IMG/VR virus record: IMGVR_UViG_3300032047_003368
DNA from: an uncultured virus (IMG/VR IMGVR_UViG_3300032047_003368)
Lineage: Duplodnaviria > Heunggongvirae > Uroviricota > Caudoviricetes
Length of the DNA stretch: 64,000 nt
Direction: 5' to 3' (one strand)
Shown here piece by piece: positions 31,262 to 42,112 of this stretch (position 1 is the first letter of the stretch; the number at the start of each line of letters is the position of its first letter). The position numbers and the translations under genes are program-made. Under the pieces are notes generated by a model. It worked only from the letters and a program-made list of their open reading frames with translations, did no database searches and was not told where the DNA came from.

Positions 31262-31951
31262 TTATGACTCCAATACACCTAGTTTATATCTAGCCAAATA
31301 CTCATCATGAAGTTTTGGGTGTTCAGCCTGAAACCACTCCTCAAGTAATTGTTTGGTTTCGTCATCCAATTCTTTTTGATGAAATTTAAAATCTGATTTT
31401 CCCTGTGTGAGTGAAGGAGCTCCTTTTGTTTGTGAGCCCACTTTTTCACTTCCACCGGTCTCATATAATTTTACCGAAAGTTCACGATGTTCGTCTATGT
31501 CAACATTCTCCCAATCATTCGGAGCATCCACGAAATCAAGAAACTGCTTCATATATGTTTTTGGGTCAGCAACAAAATCTTCGTAATACATTATCATTTT
31601 TTCTCCCTGAAATGAATCGTATGTGTACATATTGTCGGTAAAGTCTTTCATTCGACCGACACGTCTCGCAAACTTTTTTCCAACGCAATGACGAACAAAG
31701 CACTCACGATAATCTCTTACAATTAAAACTAACTTTTGAATTTCACGACCATCAATATCTTCTTGAGATAACTTGTGACGTTTATATAAAGTTGCAGTTG
31801 TATCGGTTGTGCGTTCCATCCCCCAATGATTTTTTTCCACAAGAACATTTCTCTCACTTGTGTTTTCGTTTGAAAAATATTCGAACCAATAACGAACCCA
31901 ATTTGAACCACACCGAGGCAATGATAACATACTATACTTAAATTTTTTCAT
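31262..31951 (-). CDS. sulfotransferase-domain protein (P-loop PAPS type)
   Basis: LSLPRCGSNWVR, LIVRDYRE and MYYEDF motifs; AGGAGA RBS. Confidence 0.65.
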   Translation of the reverse strand: MKKFKYSMLSLPRCGSNWVRYWFEYFSNENTSERNVLVEKNHWGMERTTDTTATLYKRHKLSQEDIDGREIQKLVLIVRDYRECFVRHCVGKKFARRVGRMKDFTDNMYTYDSFQGEKMIMYYEDFVADPKTYMKQFLDFVDAPNDWENVDIDEHRELSVKLYETGGSEKVGSQTKGAPSLTQGKSDFKFHQKELDDETKQLLEEWFQAEHPKLHDEYLARYKLGVLES

Positions 31952-31968
31952 TATATCTCCTTTTTTAT

Positions 31969-32799
31969 TTAATCTAAATCTGAAACGATGAATTTTTTTC
32001 CACCAAACCATGCACCAAAACGACCAAAACTACTTCCGTGGCATCCATACACTTTTTGGGTGTTACCCAAAAGCAACATATCAGCAAGACCTTCTGATAA
32101 AGGTCCATGACGATGACGATGGCCTCCTGGATAAGCTTCACCTCCTTCTAAGTTTTCTTCAAAGGTTCTGTTTGCTTTAACCATTATATCACCATATTTC
32201 ATCATAAATTTCTCTTCTGTCCATTTGTTGTCAGTTGCAAGAAAAAAACGAGCATTAGAATTTTTCTTTAACTCAGTTTGAATATTTTGATCAAACCAAG
32301 TATCTGGACTTTTATGTTGCTCTTTTAAATCAGTTCTACGGATATGTAAACCAATAGTATTTTCTAAATCAAGTTCGGTGGTATGTTTATTTATATCATT
32401 CTGAATGTGAGGAAGTGGTTTAATGTGCCTACGTTGATTGTTTACATATTCTTGAAATCCGTCCGTGGTCAGATCATAATTTCCTTCAATGAATCTTCCG
32501 TGAAAATTATTATTAGGATAATTTTTCTTGATCCATAATGTAGTTGAATCAGGTTGATATCTACGACCTGTTTCGTATTGCATATTATCAGGAATTTCAA
32601 ATAAATCCTCAAACATTGTTTTTTTACACGCATCATCAGGACGCCATTTCATAATAAATGGAACATCCAAATATTCTGCAAATGCAGAATTCGTTACCCA
32701 TGCCCTCATTCTATTAGCAAGTCCACTCATAAATGAATGGTAAAACACCGACTCTACCTTTTTAGGTAGCACATTTTCTTGTATTATATCATCTTCCAT
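31969..32799 (-). CDS. fucosyltransferase-like GT-B enzyme (GT11/GT23/O-FucT clan)
   Basis: GLANRM, GLHIRRTD, FFLATDN and DMLLL...SSFG GDP-fucose-binding motifs. Confidence 0.75.
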   Translation of the reverse strand: MEDDIIQENVLPKKVESVFYHSFMSGLANRMRAWVTNSAFAEYLDVPFIMKWRPDDACKKTMFEDLFEIPDNMQYETGRRYQPDSTTLWIKKNYPNNNFHGRFIEGNYDLTTDGFQEYVNNQRRHIKPLPHIQNDINKHTTELDLENTIGLHIRRTDLKEQHKSPDTWFDQNIQTELKKNSNARFFLATDNKWTEEKFMMKYGDIMVKANRTFEENLEGGEAYPGGHRHRHGPLSEGLADMLLLGNTQKVYGCHGSSFGRFGAWFGGKKFIVSDLD

Positions 32800-32841
32800 T
32801 GTTCAAGGATAAATATAATAACTATTAGTTTTTACACTAAA

Positions 32842-33960
32842 TTAAAGGTTTTCTTCTCCAGAATATGCACCATCGAATACTACTTTATTAGCACCAATAT
32901 TATGATAAATATCAATTGGAAGTCTACACGCCTCAGGATACTCTTCTCTTACGCAATTAAAACAATCCACAGTTTCACATTTGCCTTCAATTAACCATTT
33001 ATAGAAAATTAAAAAATCTTTCCAATCTACTTCATCTTCTTCACCGACACAATCTTGCTCTGAACCGATACAATCAACTTCGGTATTATTTGGGCAAATC
33101 GGTGAATGTTTGGGAAAAAACTTAAAGCCTGGATGTGCATTTCTATAATAATAATTTACAGTGCTTTCACTTTCTTCTTTTTTATTCCACTCGGTCAGTG
33201 AACTCCACGCATAATAAATCAATGAATCACTTGAATTGACCGTTCCGTCTTCTTCAAAATCACCACAACCAACAGTAGGTAAGTGTTTGGGTTGAAATTT
33301 AAATCCACTTGGTGCAACTTGATTGTAATAATCGATAGGCAACACATCACTTGGTTTACTACTCCAATCAATTAATGAGGTAAACGCATAGTGTATCAAC
33401 GCATCTTTTGATGACAACACTCCGTCTTCATCGTAATCATCGTCACAACAATTACCAGATGGACATGTATAATTTGCAGTAACTAAACTCGGTAAATCTT
33501 CGGTTTTTGGATACGTTAGTCTATTTAAATTGTATTCATCAATAGCAGAAGGTTTACCCTGTAACAAATAAGAAGCAAGAATATCTCTATCCAACTCATC
33601 TACATCACCATCTTTGTTCCAATCTGAAGAATACTCGGTATAAAGTTCTTCATCGGAATGGTCTTGTATGTTTGAATTTTTATCAAAGTAATTTGGTATA
33701 TATGAAGCCTCTGGTGCAAGGTCACGTTGCTTATTATATATCTTTATATTGCTAGGTGAACCTTGGTGAATCCAATTTATTATTATTTGATAATCTTTTA
33801 TTGAAATTTCACCGTCTCCGTCAAAATCACCAATCAGAGGATTGTCCATAATACGTTGGCCGTAAGTTTCTTTTACAAACTCGGAAACTTTTATTTTAGG
33901 ATTATTTTGTAAAAGTTTACGAAACTCTCCGGCATGATTTAATAAATTGGTATCACTCAT
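32842..33960 (-). CDS. protein with repeated dockerin/EF-hand-like Ca-binding loops
   Basis: GDFDGDGEISIKD, DWNKDGDVDELD, DYDEDGVLSSKD, DFEEDGTVNSSD and DEVDWKD. Confidence 0.6.
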   Translation of the reverse strand: MSDTNLLNHAGEFRKLLQNNPKIKVSEFVKETYGQRIMDNPLIGDFDGDGEISIKDYQIIINWIHQGSPSNIKIYNKQRDLAPEASYIPNYFDKNSNIQDHSDEELYTEYSSDWNKDGDVDELDRDILASYLLQGKPSAIDEYNLNRLTYPKTEDLPSLVTANYTCPSGNCCDDDYDEDGVLSSKDALIHYAFTSLIDWSSKPSDVLPIDYYNQVAPSGFKFQPKHLPTVGCGDFEEDGTVNSSDSLIYYAWSSLTEWNKKEESESTVNYYYRNAHPGFKFFPKHSPICPNNTEVDCIGSEQDCVGEEDEVDWKDFLIFYKWLIEGKCETVDCFNCVREEYPEACRLPIDIYHNIGANKVVFDGAYSGEENL

Positions 33961-33981
33961 TATCAAATATAAATATTTCTA

Positions 33982-36900
33982 TTAGAAATCTTTATTATAA
34001 AATATTTGAATATAAGAAATTTTTTGATTCAATCTACCAGCTGGGTCTGGATCTGGATCATATGTTAACCAAATCCTATCTTCAATATAGTCAGACTCAG
34101 TTGTTTCGTAGTATATTTGCTTTTGTGTAAACATAAAATCAATAACTTCGTCTCTATTTTCAATTGCATGACTCTTGATTACATGCATTGGAGCAGTTAA
34201 AAATTCTGTATGTACCACAATAAAATCACCAAATTCATCGGATGACTTATTTACAATTTGAGTTGGGTAGTTTTTGTGTCCAGAAAACAGAACCATGTCA
34301 TTAACTTCAAAATCACCAACATCACAATAAACACGAACTCCACTTTTAATTTTTACATCAGATGTAATGTCATCGTAATCATCAAAGTCCGCATGAATAT
34401 TCAAATCAACTACAAATGCCGTGTCCGTAAGAATGTCAGAGACAGAATATGTTCCATTTAAATTCACAAACGAAGAATTTGAAAACTCAACAACATCATT
34501 CACACCAATGTTTATTGAAGTTGCAACTATACATACCAATTTCTGTAACTTGCTTGACCAATACGTAGTTACCACCCGTATGGTTCTTTCGTTATCAACC
34601 AATTTTGTTACAAGTTTCTTTTGAATACCTGATTTATAACCTATTCTAATATAATGTTGTTGCATTGGTATTGCAAATTCCTTTGGAACTTTTATATAAC
34701 CAGGACTCGTTCGTTCATGTGTCGACCTTCCAACTGATTCATCAATATAAATTCTATACTCATTTTTTCCAAGTGATTCCACCAAAAGATCATTCTTGTT
34801 GATACTATGCTCAAGCATCACATTTGAATTTCCTGATTCGACTAAGGAAAAATTAAAACTCAGTTCGTCTGGTTCTTCTTCATCATGATCATCAGATGGT
34901 GGTGGTGGTGGTAATGTATCTACACAACTAAATAAATTATCAAACTTGTATCCGATGTCGTAAGCATCCACAGACTTGAGTGGTTCGTAATAATTTACAG
35001 GGTATCTTTGTACTTCATAGCAACTGGTTTCTGTAGTATAAGTTATTTTTAAAATTTTATTATATGTAAATTTAAAAGTATTTTCCGAAAAAACAAATTC
35101 ATCATTCGTTAATTTAGAAAATATAGAATCACTCAAAGTTAGTTTCATATTATCAAGCAATGTGTTAAAATTTTTTGTTGACAACTTACAATCCTCACAT
35201 TCTTCCAATACCACCTCAGTTGGAATCTTTACTTTATTAATAACCGAGAATGCATCTGAAATACTTGTAGCAAAATTACCCCATTCCAAATTAGAATTTT
35301 CTACATTTTCTATGTTAGTTAAAAACTTTAAGTTAAAAACATAATGAAACGCAAACAACTTATACCAGTTATAAAATGCAGATTCAACTTCTGTGTTTAA
35401 TACATAAGAAAACAATTTCTTAACGATGGATAAAACGGGTTCTCTTATATTTTTATTTATAATTCTTCCCAGAGTTTCGTCTAAAAACTCATCTCCGTTA
35501 AATAATACAAGTCTATTTTTCAAAAAACGATTTGCCAATATTTTTTTAAATTTATTGTAGTGACCGAGTTTGTTTGATATGTTTAACATTGCGTCTGTTA
35601 AAATTTGTATTTTGTGAAGTTTAAAATACGATGCGTCTCCATCAATGATATTTTGTACTATATTATCTACGCAGATATCTTGTTCTGACTTGAACTCAAG
35701 TGACCTTGAAAACATTTCATTTATCTGTACTATATCAAAATTATCTTCATCGTATAATGTAGAAACCAGTGTGGTAAGTGCATTTAATTGTGTAGAACCA
35801 ACGGGAGATTCATATTTTAAGTTATTTTGTATACCAGTAACCTGATCTACACCCGACTCGGACACTACTGAATAAATATCAGGTTTGGACTGCATAATAA
35901 TTTCACCTAAGTTATTGGTATTACCAAAACCCACATCATCGTTTGTTGTTATTTCAAGGTTTGCGTCTAATAAAGAACTAGCGGATGAAGCATTTCCGTA
36001 AAAATGATTATTCATTACACTTACCGTAATAACTCTATCGTTTCTATGACGAGTCCTAAGTAATAATCGAGGGGGTGTTTGATTATTTGGAGTGAAAGTA
36101 AAATCAGAATTTATCGTAAATACAGGAGATTCAGTTTGTTCATCCGAATATAATTCGTAATTTATATCAAGTAGTTCAAACGAAGCTCGGTCATGTAATG
36201 CCGAAAAGCAATAGGTTTCTCCACGATACAGAATTATATTATGTATTTTTTTTAGATTACAGATATATTCCCCGTCTAAGTCTGGACTATGGCGAGGTTT
36301 AAAGTCAAATTCAAAAGACTTTGTAAAATCTGATTTGGTTGAAGGTGTTGGTGTATCTTCTAACGAGCTTATTTGACTTATTTTTACTACATTTTCAACA
36401 AATAAATTATCTTTATGAGTATCTGAAATCAATTTAGTTGTTGTTGCTAATTTTGTTGTATCAAATGTTATTGAGTTTGCATTGGTTAAGAGTTCTTCAT
36501 CAATAACTGCGACTTTATCAAATCTTACTTCTAACCAAGCATCATCTTCTTGAAATAAAATGCTTCCACTGTGTTGGTACTTTTCATAATTACTTTTTAC
36601 AAAAGAAACTTCATAACCCTCGTCTGGTTGAATTTGCAATTCAATCAAAGTATTTTTATTTATAGGGTACATACGTGTTCCCTGACTGTTATGAGAAAAA
36701 CTCTGAGTGTGACCATTGAAATTCACGACACCACCTTCGTTTGTGCTGACACGGATATAAATGAGTTCACGAGATATATTTTTTAGTTTTTGTCTAAATA
36801 TAGGGGTCACTTCCAATTCACTGTTCACTTTAATGTAGTGACATATAGAGTTATTATTCATTGAAAAATTAGTAGAGTTTACCACCTCGACTAATTCATA

Positions 36901-37719
36901 TTTGTCTGATTTTGGAGTACATATTAATTCAATCTCAGTTTCGTTTTCAAAATCAAAGGTCTGAGTTTCTGTGATAGAAACTTTTTCAGTTTCAGTTCTC
37001 AACATTATATCACCAAAATCGTGATCTACAATTATCGTAACAGAAAACTTATCAGGTACAGATGTACCATCAAACGACTGAACAACTTGTTCAACTTGGT
37101 ATTCTACTTCTTGTTGTTTGCTCAAGTTAACATCCGAAGGTACATGTTGTAATTCCGAAACTTCTGTATTTTTAGTTTCCCCAAACTTCACCTCCATCGT
37201 GACGTCATCTTCTTGAAATAAAATGCTTCCATTGTGTTGGTACTTTTCATAATTACTTTTTACAAAAGAAACTTCATAACCATCGTCTGGTTGAATTTGC
37301 AATTCAATCAAAGTATTTTTATTTATAGGATACACACGGGTTCCTTGGTTAGTATGATAAAAATTTTGATGGTTACCCTCAAGATTTACAGCACCACCTT
37401 CGTTTGTACAAAGACGCAAAAATCCAATTCCTGTAGTTATGCTTTTTGGTTTTTGTCTGAATATAGGAGTTACCTCCAATTCACCATCTACTTTAATATG
37501 GTGGTACACAGAACCAGTTTTTATTGAAAAGTTAAGTGAGTTTGTTACCTCTACCAGTTCACATTCACTTAATGGTGTGCATACCAGTTCAACTTCAGTT
37601 TCGTTTTCAAAATAAAAAGTTTTGGTTTTTTCAACAACAACTTCACCTTCATCGGTTCTTAAGATTAAATTTCCAAAAGACAAACTTTTCTCGCAATAAA
37701 TTTTTAATTGATGCATCAT
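33982..37719 (-). CDS. large hypothetical (putative structural) protein with an internal duplication
   Basis: 1245-aa ORF; two copies of an approximately 175-aa beta-rich unit. Confidence 0.6.
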   Translation of the reverse strand: MMHQLKIYCEKSLSFGNLILRTDEGEVVVEKTKTFYFENETEVELVCTPLSECELVEVTNSLNFSIKTGSVYHHIKVDGELEVTPIFRQKPKSITTGIGFLRLCTNEGGAVNLEGNHQNFYHTNQGTRVYPINKNTLIELQIQPDDGYEVSFVKSNYEKYQHNGSILFQEDDVTMEVKFGETKNTEVSELQHVPSDVNLSKQQEVEYQVEQVVQSFDGTSVPDKFSVTIIVDHDFGDIMLRTETEKVSITETQTFDFENETEIELICTPKSDKYELVEVVNSTNFSMNNNSICHYIKVNSELEVTPIFRQKLKNISRELIYIRVSTNEGGVVNFNGHTQSFSHNSQGTRMYPINKNTLIELQIQPDEGYEVSFVKSNYEKYQHSGSILFQEDDAWLEVRFDKVAVIDEELLTNANSITFDTTKLATTTKLISDTHKDNLFVENVVKISQISSLEDTPTPSTKSDFTKSFEFDFKPRHSPDLDGEYICNLKKIHNIILYRGETYCFSALHDRASFELLDINYELYSDEQTESPVFTINSDFTFTPNNQTPPRLLLRTRHRNDRVITVSVMNNHFYGNASSASSLLDANLEITTNDDVGFGNTNNLGEIIMQSKPDIYSVVSESGVDQVTGIQNNLKYESPVGSTQLNALTTLVSTLYDEDNFDIVQINEMFSRSLEFKSEQDICVDNIVQNIIDGDASYFKLHKIQILTDAMLNISNKLGHYNKFKKILANRFLKNRLVLFNGDEFLDETLGRIINKNIREPVLSIVKKLFSYVLNTEVESAFYNWYKLFAFHYVFNLKFLTNIENVENSNLEWGNFATSISDAFSVINKVKIPTEVVLEECEDCKLSTKNFNTLLDNMKLTLSDSIFSKLTNDEFVFSENTFKFTYNKILKITYTTETSCYEVQRYPVNYYEPLKSVDAYDIGYKFDNLFSCVDTLPPPPPSDDHDEEEPDELSFNFSLVESGNSNVMLEHSINKNDLLVESLGKNEYRIYIDESVGRSTHERTSPGYIKVPKEFAIPMQQHYIRIGYKSGIQKKLVTKLVDNERTIRVVTTYWSSKLQKLVCIVATSINIGVNDVVEFSNSSFVNLNGTYSVSDILTDTAFVVDLNIHADFDDYDDITSDVKIKSGVRVYCDVGDFEVNDMVLFSGHKNYPTQIVNKSSDEFGDFIVVHTEFLTAPMHVIKSHAIENRDEVIDFMFTQKQIYYETTESDYIEDRIWLTYDPDPDPAGRLNQKISYIQIFYNKDF
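36542..37329. repeat. direct repeat, 125 bp (36542-36666 and 37205-37329), 2 mismatches
   Basis: Read by eye; the 663-nt offset is in frame. Confidence 0.85.
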
Positions 37720-39488
37720 TGGAAGTGCCTATTGAATAGTTGATGTTTAAATTCTATATATTCAATTATATATCGGTTCAACTCAGGTTCTTTAGGATGA
37801 TTTGTCCAACTGGCACCCACGCCAGTAGTTACCCAATATTTGTATTCATCAGTTGTCTGAAATCCAGGGGACACCATATAGTTATGAGTATTAAGCAAAA
37901 ACGATGGAACGTCAATCGCAATATACTTTCCAGACAAATTACTAAACGTTCCATCTATGATAAATGTATCATTATCTGTTTTATCGGTGATTGTATAAAA
38001 TTCACCACTTCCTATGACAGGCAGAACTACTCTAGTTCCAATATCAATTTTCCACGCCGGATGTGAACTTTCCACTTGAATTTGCGTTCCTCGTTCATAC
38101 AAAAGCACCCCAATTGTAGGGCCGTTCGTTGTAATTTGATTTTTATCTGCGTCAGTTAATAACCAAGATTGATTTATTTTTTGTAAATAAAAAGGCTGTC
38201 CGGAAACACTAACTTTTGTTGGACTTGAAAAATCGTCAGATAAACTATCAACCGAGTCAAAATTAACAAACCAGCCTATTGAATTAAATGCACCTGATAC
38301 TATATTTGCCATTGAACTTATTTTTTGAGAGCTTGTAATCTTATTTACTATTGTGTTTTCAGTTTCGTTGTAGTTAGCACCAAGAACTATATTTTCAGTC
38401 ATAGAATCACTTTCTTCATCTGGCAATGCTACCCAATCAACTTTACCAGTTTCTGTTCCAGGAGTCAGTTGTTCATTTATGTAAATTCTTACTACTCCAT
38501 TTCCTAAATTCAATATCGGTAGATTTTCAATTGAAAAACTTGAAGGACCCAATAACCAAGTTGGATTTTCCACAACACCTCCTGTTTTGTTTTCACGGAC
38601 TCCCAACGAAAACTCAGTAGGTGAAATAAAATCTGTAAATGTTGGTGTTGGTGTATATTCTGACTCTACATCAACTACTACGATATTATTTGCTTCCGCA
38701 TCTACTAATTGTGTATTTTTTTCATCAATTATATTATCAGAATCCACTTTTGAGATAAATGGAACAAATGGGTTCAGTTTGACCTTAATATAAATTTCTT
38801 CATGTGCTTGTATGGGTGAATTAAATTTAAGTTTGTTTGAACCGATTATTGTTGCATTTAATTCATCAAAGTTTTCGATTAATATTTGATCAGAAGTAGG
38901 AACACCACTTGTAATTATTTCAAATACTGTATCAGTTGATAGCAAAAAACTTGAAGTTGACGATGTAATTATTTTCTTAAAAAATTGATGCACTTCGTCA
39001 CCCGTGGATGGCGTATTACCTTCATTTGAAACTACAATGTCAAATGTGCCTTCTTCGTATTCTGGTTGTTTTTCAACCCGTACAGTCAAGTCTATAAACG
39101 ATTCTACAGTTAATGTAGGTGTAAGTGGTAGTGTAAAACAATTATCTGTTATCAATCCGGATGATGACATATCATCGTGTGTGTAAACAAAATTTGGAAT
39201 ATCAATATACTGAGAGGATTCCGACGTATTTTTTTTCATTATTATTTTGTAGGAATACCCACATCTTAATTCTGTAAAATCTTGATAATTTGGAATATTA
39301 TCAAAAAACGAAGGAACGGTTGCATCAAACCTAACATAATTTTTATGATCTGGTGTTGTTTGCCAGACTTTCCATATTTTATCTCGTATGTCAGATTCCT
39401 TTAGTGAAAAATTCTCACATTCATCGCACAGACCATACCAACCCATGTATATCACTATCTGCGTGGAATTTTGATGTAACCGTGTCAT
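37716..39488 (-). CDS. WYG-C-domain protein (putative virion surface protein)
   Basis: MGWYGLCDEC...DFTELRCGYSY N-terminal domain. Confidence 0.6.
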   Translation of the reverse strand: MTRLHQNSTQIVIYMGWYGLCDECENFSLKESDIRDKIWKVWQTTPDHKNYVRFDATVPSFFDNIPNYQDFTELRCGYSYKIIMKKNTSESSQYIDIPNFVYTHDDMSSSGLITDNCFTLPLTPTLTVESFIDLTVRVEKQPEYEEGTFDIVVSNEGNTPSTGDEVHQFFKKIITSSTSSFLLSTDTVFEIITSGVPTSDQILIENFDELNATIIGSNKLKFNSPIQAHEEIYIKVKLNPFVPFISKVDSDNIIDEKNTQLVDAEANNIVVVDVESEYTPTPTFTDFISPTEFSLGVRENKTGGVVENPTWLLGPSSFSIENLPILNLGNGVVRIYINEQLTPGTETGKVDWVALPDEESDSMTENIVLGANYNETENTIVNKITSSQKISSMANIVSGAFNSIGWFVNFDSVDSLSDDFSSPTKVSVSGQPFYLQKINQSWLLTDADKNQITTNGPTIGVLLYERGTQIQVESSHPAWKIDIGTRVVLPVIGSGEFYTITDKTDNDTFIIDGTFSNLSGKYIAIDVPSFLLNTHNYMVSPGFQTTDEYKYWVTTGVGASWTNHPKEPELNRYIIEYIEFKHQLFNRHFQ

Positions 39489-39502
39489 TTTAAAAGTTTT
39501 TG

Positions 39503-42112
39503 TTAACTTTCACATTCTATACTTACAAAAATTACAACTTTTCCGTGTGTATTTCCGTTACCTGCATCTCCTCTTAATTCATTATATAAATTTCGTGTTT
39601 CAGATAGTATACCGTTGTAATTAAATATGGGTGAAAGAGGTGTAGTTGTAGTTTTATCATATTTACCTTCTGTTCCTACAATCATGTATCCTGCAGTAGA
39701 TTCTCTTCGGTTTATATATCCCGATCCGCCTCCACCAGAACCATCATAATTTACGGTTGCATTGCCTCCCGCACCACCGTAGTATCCAGCACCACCACCA
39801 CCACCACTTGAATTATCACGTGTTCCACCAGTACCACCACCACCAAGTGATCCCGATGAACCAAATCCAGCTGGATGCTCTATTGCAGGTTGCCCACCAC
39901 TATTCGCAGTTCCTCCCCCTCCACCTTTAAGATCACCATATGCTTCTCTCAATTCACCATTCGAATACTTTTTAATTGAAAATCTGCTACCAGAAGTTCC
40001 CATGAAACCACCACCTGCACCTCCTCCACTATAGTCACTTGTGTGTGTACCTGCACCACCTCCACCACCGGCAATTGCTATTACATTGCTTATGTGAGTA
40101 TTACTTCGGTATATACCACTCATTCCACCACCTGAACCTGCACACGCGAGATGACCACTTCCTCCGTATCCCGCAGTTTTATTACCAGGAGAATAACCAG
40201 GAATATTAAAAGAATCAAATGAAGTACCAATTGATGTTTGTCCTACACCGATTGCAAGTTTTTCTCCAGGAATAACTGGTATCACCACTTCAGTAAATCC
40301 TCCGGACCCTCCTGAATTAATATGACATCCGTCTGAACCACCTGCTCCCCATAAAAGTGCCTTTATGTGCGTGATACCACCTGGCACAGTATATATTTGA
40401 TCCTCACCAGTTGCATTAAATTCAGTTACATTATTTTCATCAAAAACTAATTCCGTGCAATCTTTTTCTTGATAGCATTCATTTGCAGAAACATACAATG
40501 TTTTAATATGGTCTCTGTAAGTTGAGTTTGGAGTTGACCAAGTTGCAAATTGTGGACACGCAGACTTGCTTGTCCATGCATATACATCAATTGGAAATTG
40601 GGATGGGCTGTTTTCCGAAAATGCCCACATATCCGTTACATAATTTATATCATCAACTTTTTTGATAACACGTAGATATCTGTTTTTAACGCAGTTTAGT
40701 TCGTAATCAAGATGATCTACAGAAAAGGATGTGCCGTGATCCATTGAACCCCCGAACCCACTCATTCGGAGTCTGTAATATCTGTATAAATTTTCAGATT
40801 CTGAATTAGTATCAGAAAATACCCAATCCATTGTATACTCAGGGTGTTGCCAAGTTTCCAACTTGATCCAGTTTACATCATCATCACTTGCTTCTAAGAT
40901 AATTTTACCCCATGTTAATGTTGCAGAATTATTTTCTTTGGTTGTGTACATGGAAACCGATTTCATATAAAACCTACTAAGATGCGATTGTGTGTGTGCA
41001 TCAAGATGAAATACAACAAAATATCTATCAACCCAAGGCATTCTCTTTGTTGACCAAACACCACCAGAACCACTCGTTTTTAACAAATCAAGATTTCCAT
41101 TGGAATTTGTAAGTGCGTTTGGTGCGGTTAGTGTAGGTTTGATTGAACACTCTGATAAACCCCCGACTGATGTTTCCCAATAAGGTTCTTTTCTGTAATC
41201 AAGGCCTGCATAAAAATAACTATTGTTATAGTCCACACCAACTTCACGAAGACCTGACACGCAAAATACATCTGAACAACCTGATATATTTAACTCACTA
41301 TCTGAATTGATGCATAAATTATTATTGCCACCATCTATACTCCACCCATCTGGGAAAATTGCAGATGATACACATACCTCATCACCATCTAGTATATTAG
41401 AATGTAAGTCGGATAGTTCATCACTTACAATTTGTGTGTTTGTTGCGAGTGCAAGTCTCCACCTTTGCTCAGATGTAAAAATTAATATTACATGAGTTCC
41501 TAAATCAAAGGTGGGATGTTGTTCGTTTAATTTTACATAAACTGGTAGATTTTTTGAAGACGATGTATCTATTGAAAAATCTTCTGATCTTAAAGTTGAT
41601 TTTGTGTATATTCCAAATATGTCAGATACATCTGTGTATGTGCTTCTATTTCTGACAGCAGGACCGGTTATACACACCGTGGATTGGCAGTTGAATTCCG
41701 TGAAATTGTCTGTGTTTGTGTGAGTAACGGATGGAGTTACCTCTGGTATTTCTTCAAAATACTCGCAATTAATATCCTTGGAAATTCTACCTAAATCATC
41801 AGACGATAATTCTGTGTGAGTAAATCCATCTACCGGAAACGATTCTGTTCCTGGTTTTAATATTATTATATATGATTTTCCACACGACAATTCGGTGAAG
41901 TCTTGAAAGTTTGGAATTGTATCAAAGTTTTTATCAACCGTTGCATCAAATCTGACATACGACTGATTGTCATCCGTGAGTTGCCATACTTTGTACAGTT
42001 TACTTCTTACATTATCAGTTTTTAGGTCAAAATTTGTACAACTTTTTTCACAAGTTCCGTACCATCCAAAGTAAATAAGTATTTTTTTCTCATTTTGCTT
42101 TAACACACTCAT
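39503..42112 (-). CDS. WYG-C-domain protein with a discoidin-like segment and a C-terminal glycine-rich domain
   Basis: [10 protein letters not shown]...LSCGKSY; LEASDD..NW...YRYYRL; YTVPGG...WGAGG...GGSGG. Confidence 0.65.
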   Translation of the reverse strand: MSVLKQNEKKILIYFGWYGTCEKSCTNFDLKTDNVRSKLYKVWQLTDDNQSYVRFDATVDKNFDTIPNFQDFTELSCGKSYIIILKPGTESFPVDGFTHTELSSDDLGRISKDINCEYFEEIPEVTPSVTHTNTDNFTEFNCQSTVCITGPAVRNRSTYTDVSDIFGIYTKSTLRSEDFSIDTSSSKNLPVYVKLNEQHPTFDLGTHVILIFTSEQRWRLALATNTQIVSDELSDLHSNILDGDEVCVSSAIFPDGWSIDGGNNNLCINSDSELNISGCSDVFCVSGLREVGVDYNNSYFYAGLDYRKEPYWETSVGGLSECSIKPTLTAPNALTNSNGNLDLLKTSGSGGVWSTKRMPWVDRYFVVFHLDAHTQSHLSRFYMKSVSMYTTKENNSATLTWGKIILEASDDDVNWIKLETWQHPEYTMDWVFSDTNSESENLYRYYRLRMSGFGGSMDHGTSFSVDHLDYELNCVKNRYLRVIKKVDDINYVTDMWAFSENSPSQFPIDVYAWTSKSACPQFATWSTPNSTYRDHIKTLYVSANECYQEKDCTELVFDENNVTEFNATGEDQIYTVPGGITHIKALLWGAGGSDGCHINSGGSGGFTEVVIPVIPGEKLAIGVGQTSIGTSFDSFNIPGYSPGNKTAGYGGSGHLACAGSGGGMSGIYRSNTHISNVIAIAGGGGGAGTHTSDYSGGGAGGGFMGTSGSRFSIKKYSNGELREAYGDLKGGGGGTANSGGQPAIEHPAGFGSSGSLGGGGTGGTRDNSSGGGGGAGYYGGAGGNATVNYDGSGGGGSGYINRRESTAGYMIVGTEGKYDKTTTTPLSPIFNYNGILSETRNLYNELRGDAGNGNTHGKVVIFVSIECES

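Noticed and set aside
1..32799. Ordinary bacterial LPS/capsule locus
   Set aside because: No flippase, polymerase, ABC exporter or priming transferase seen, and phage-like signals throughout; not fully excluded
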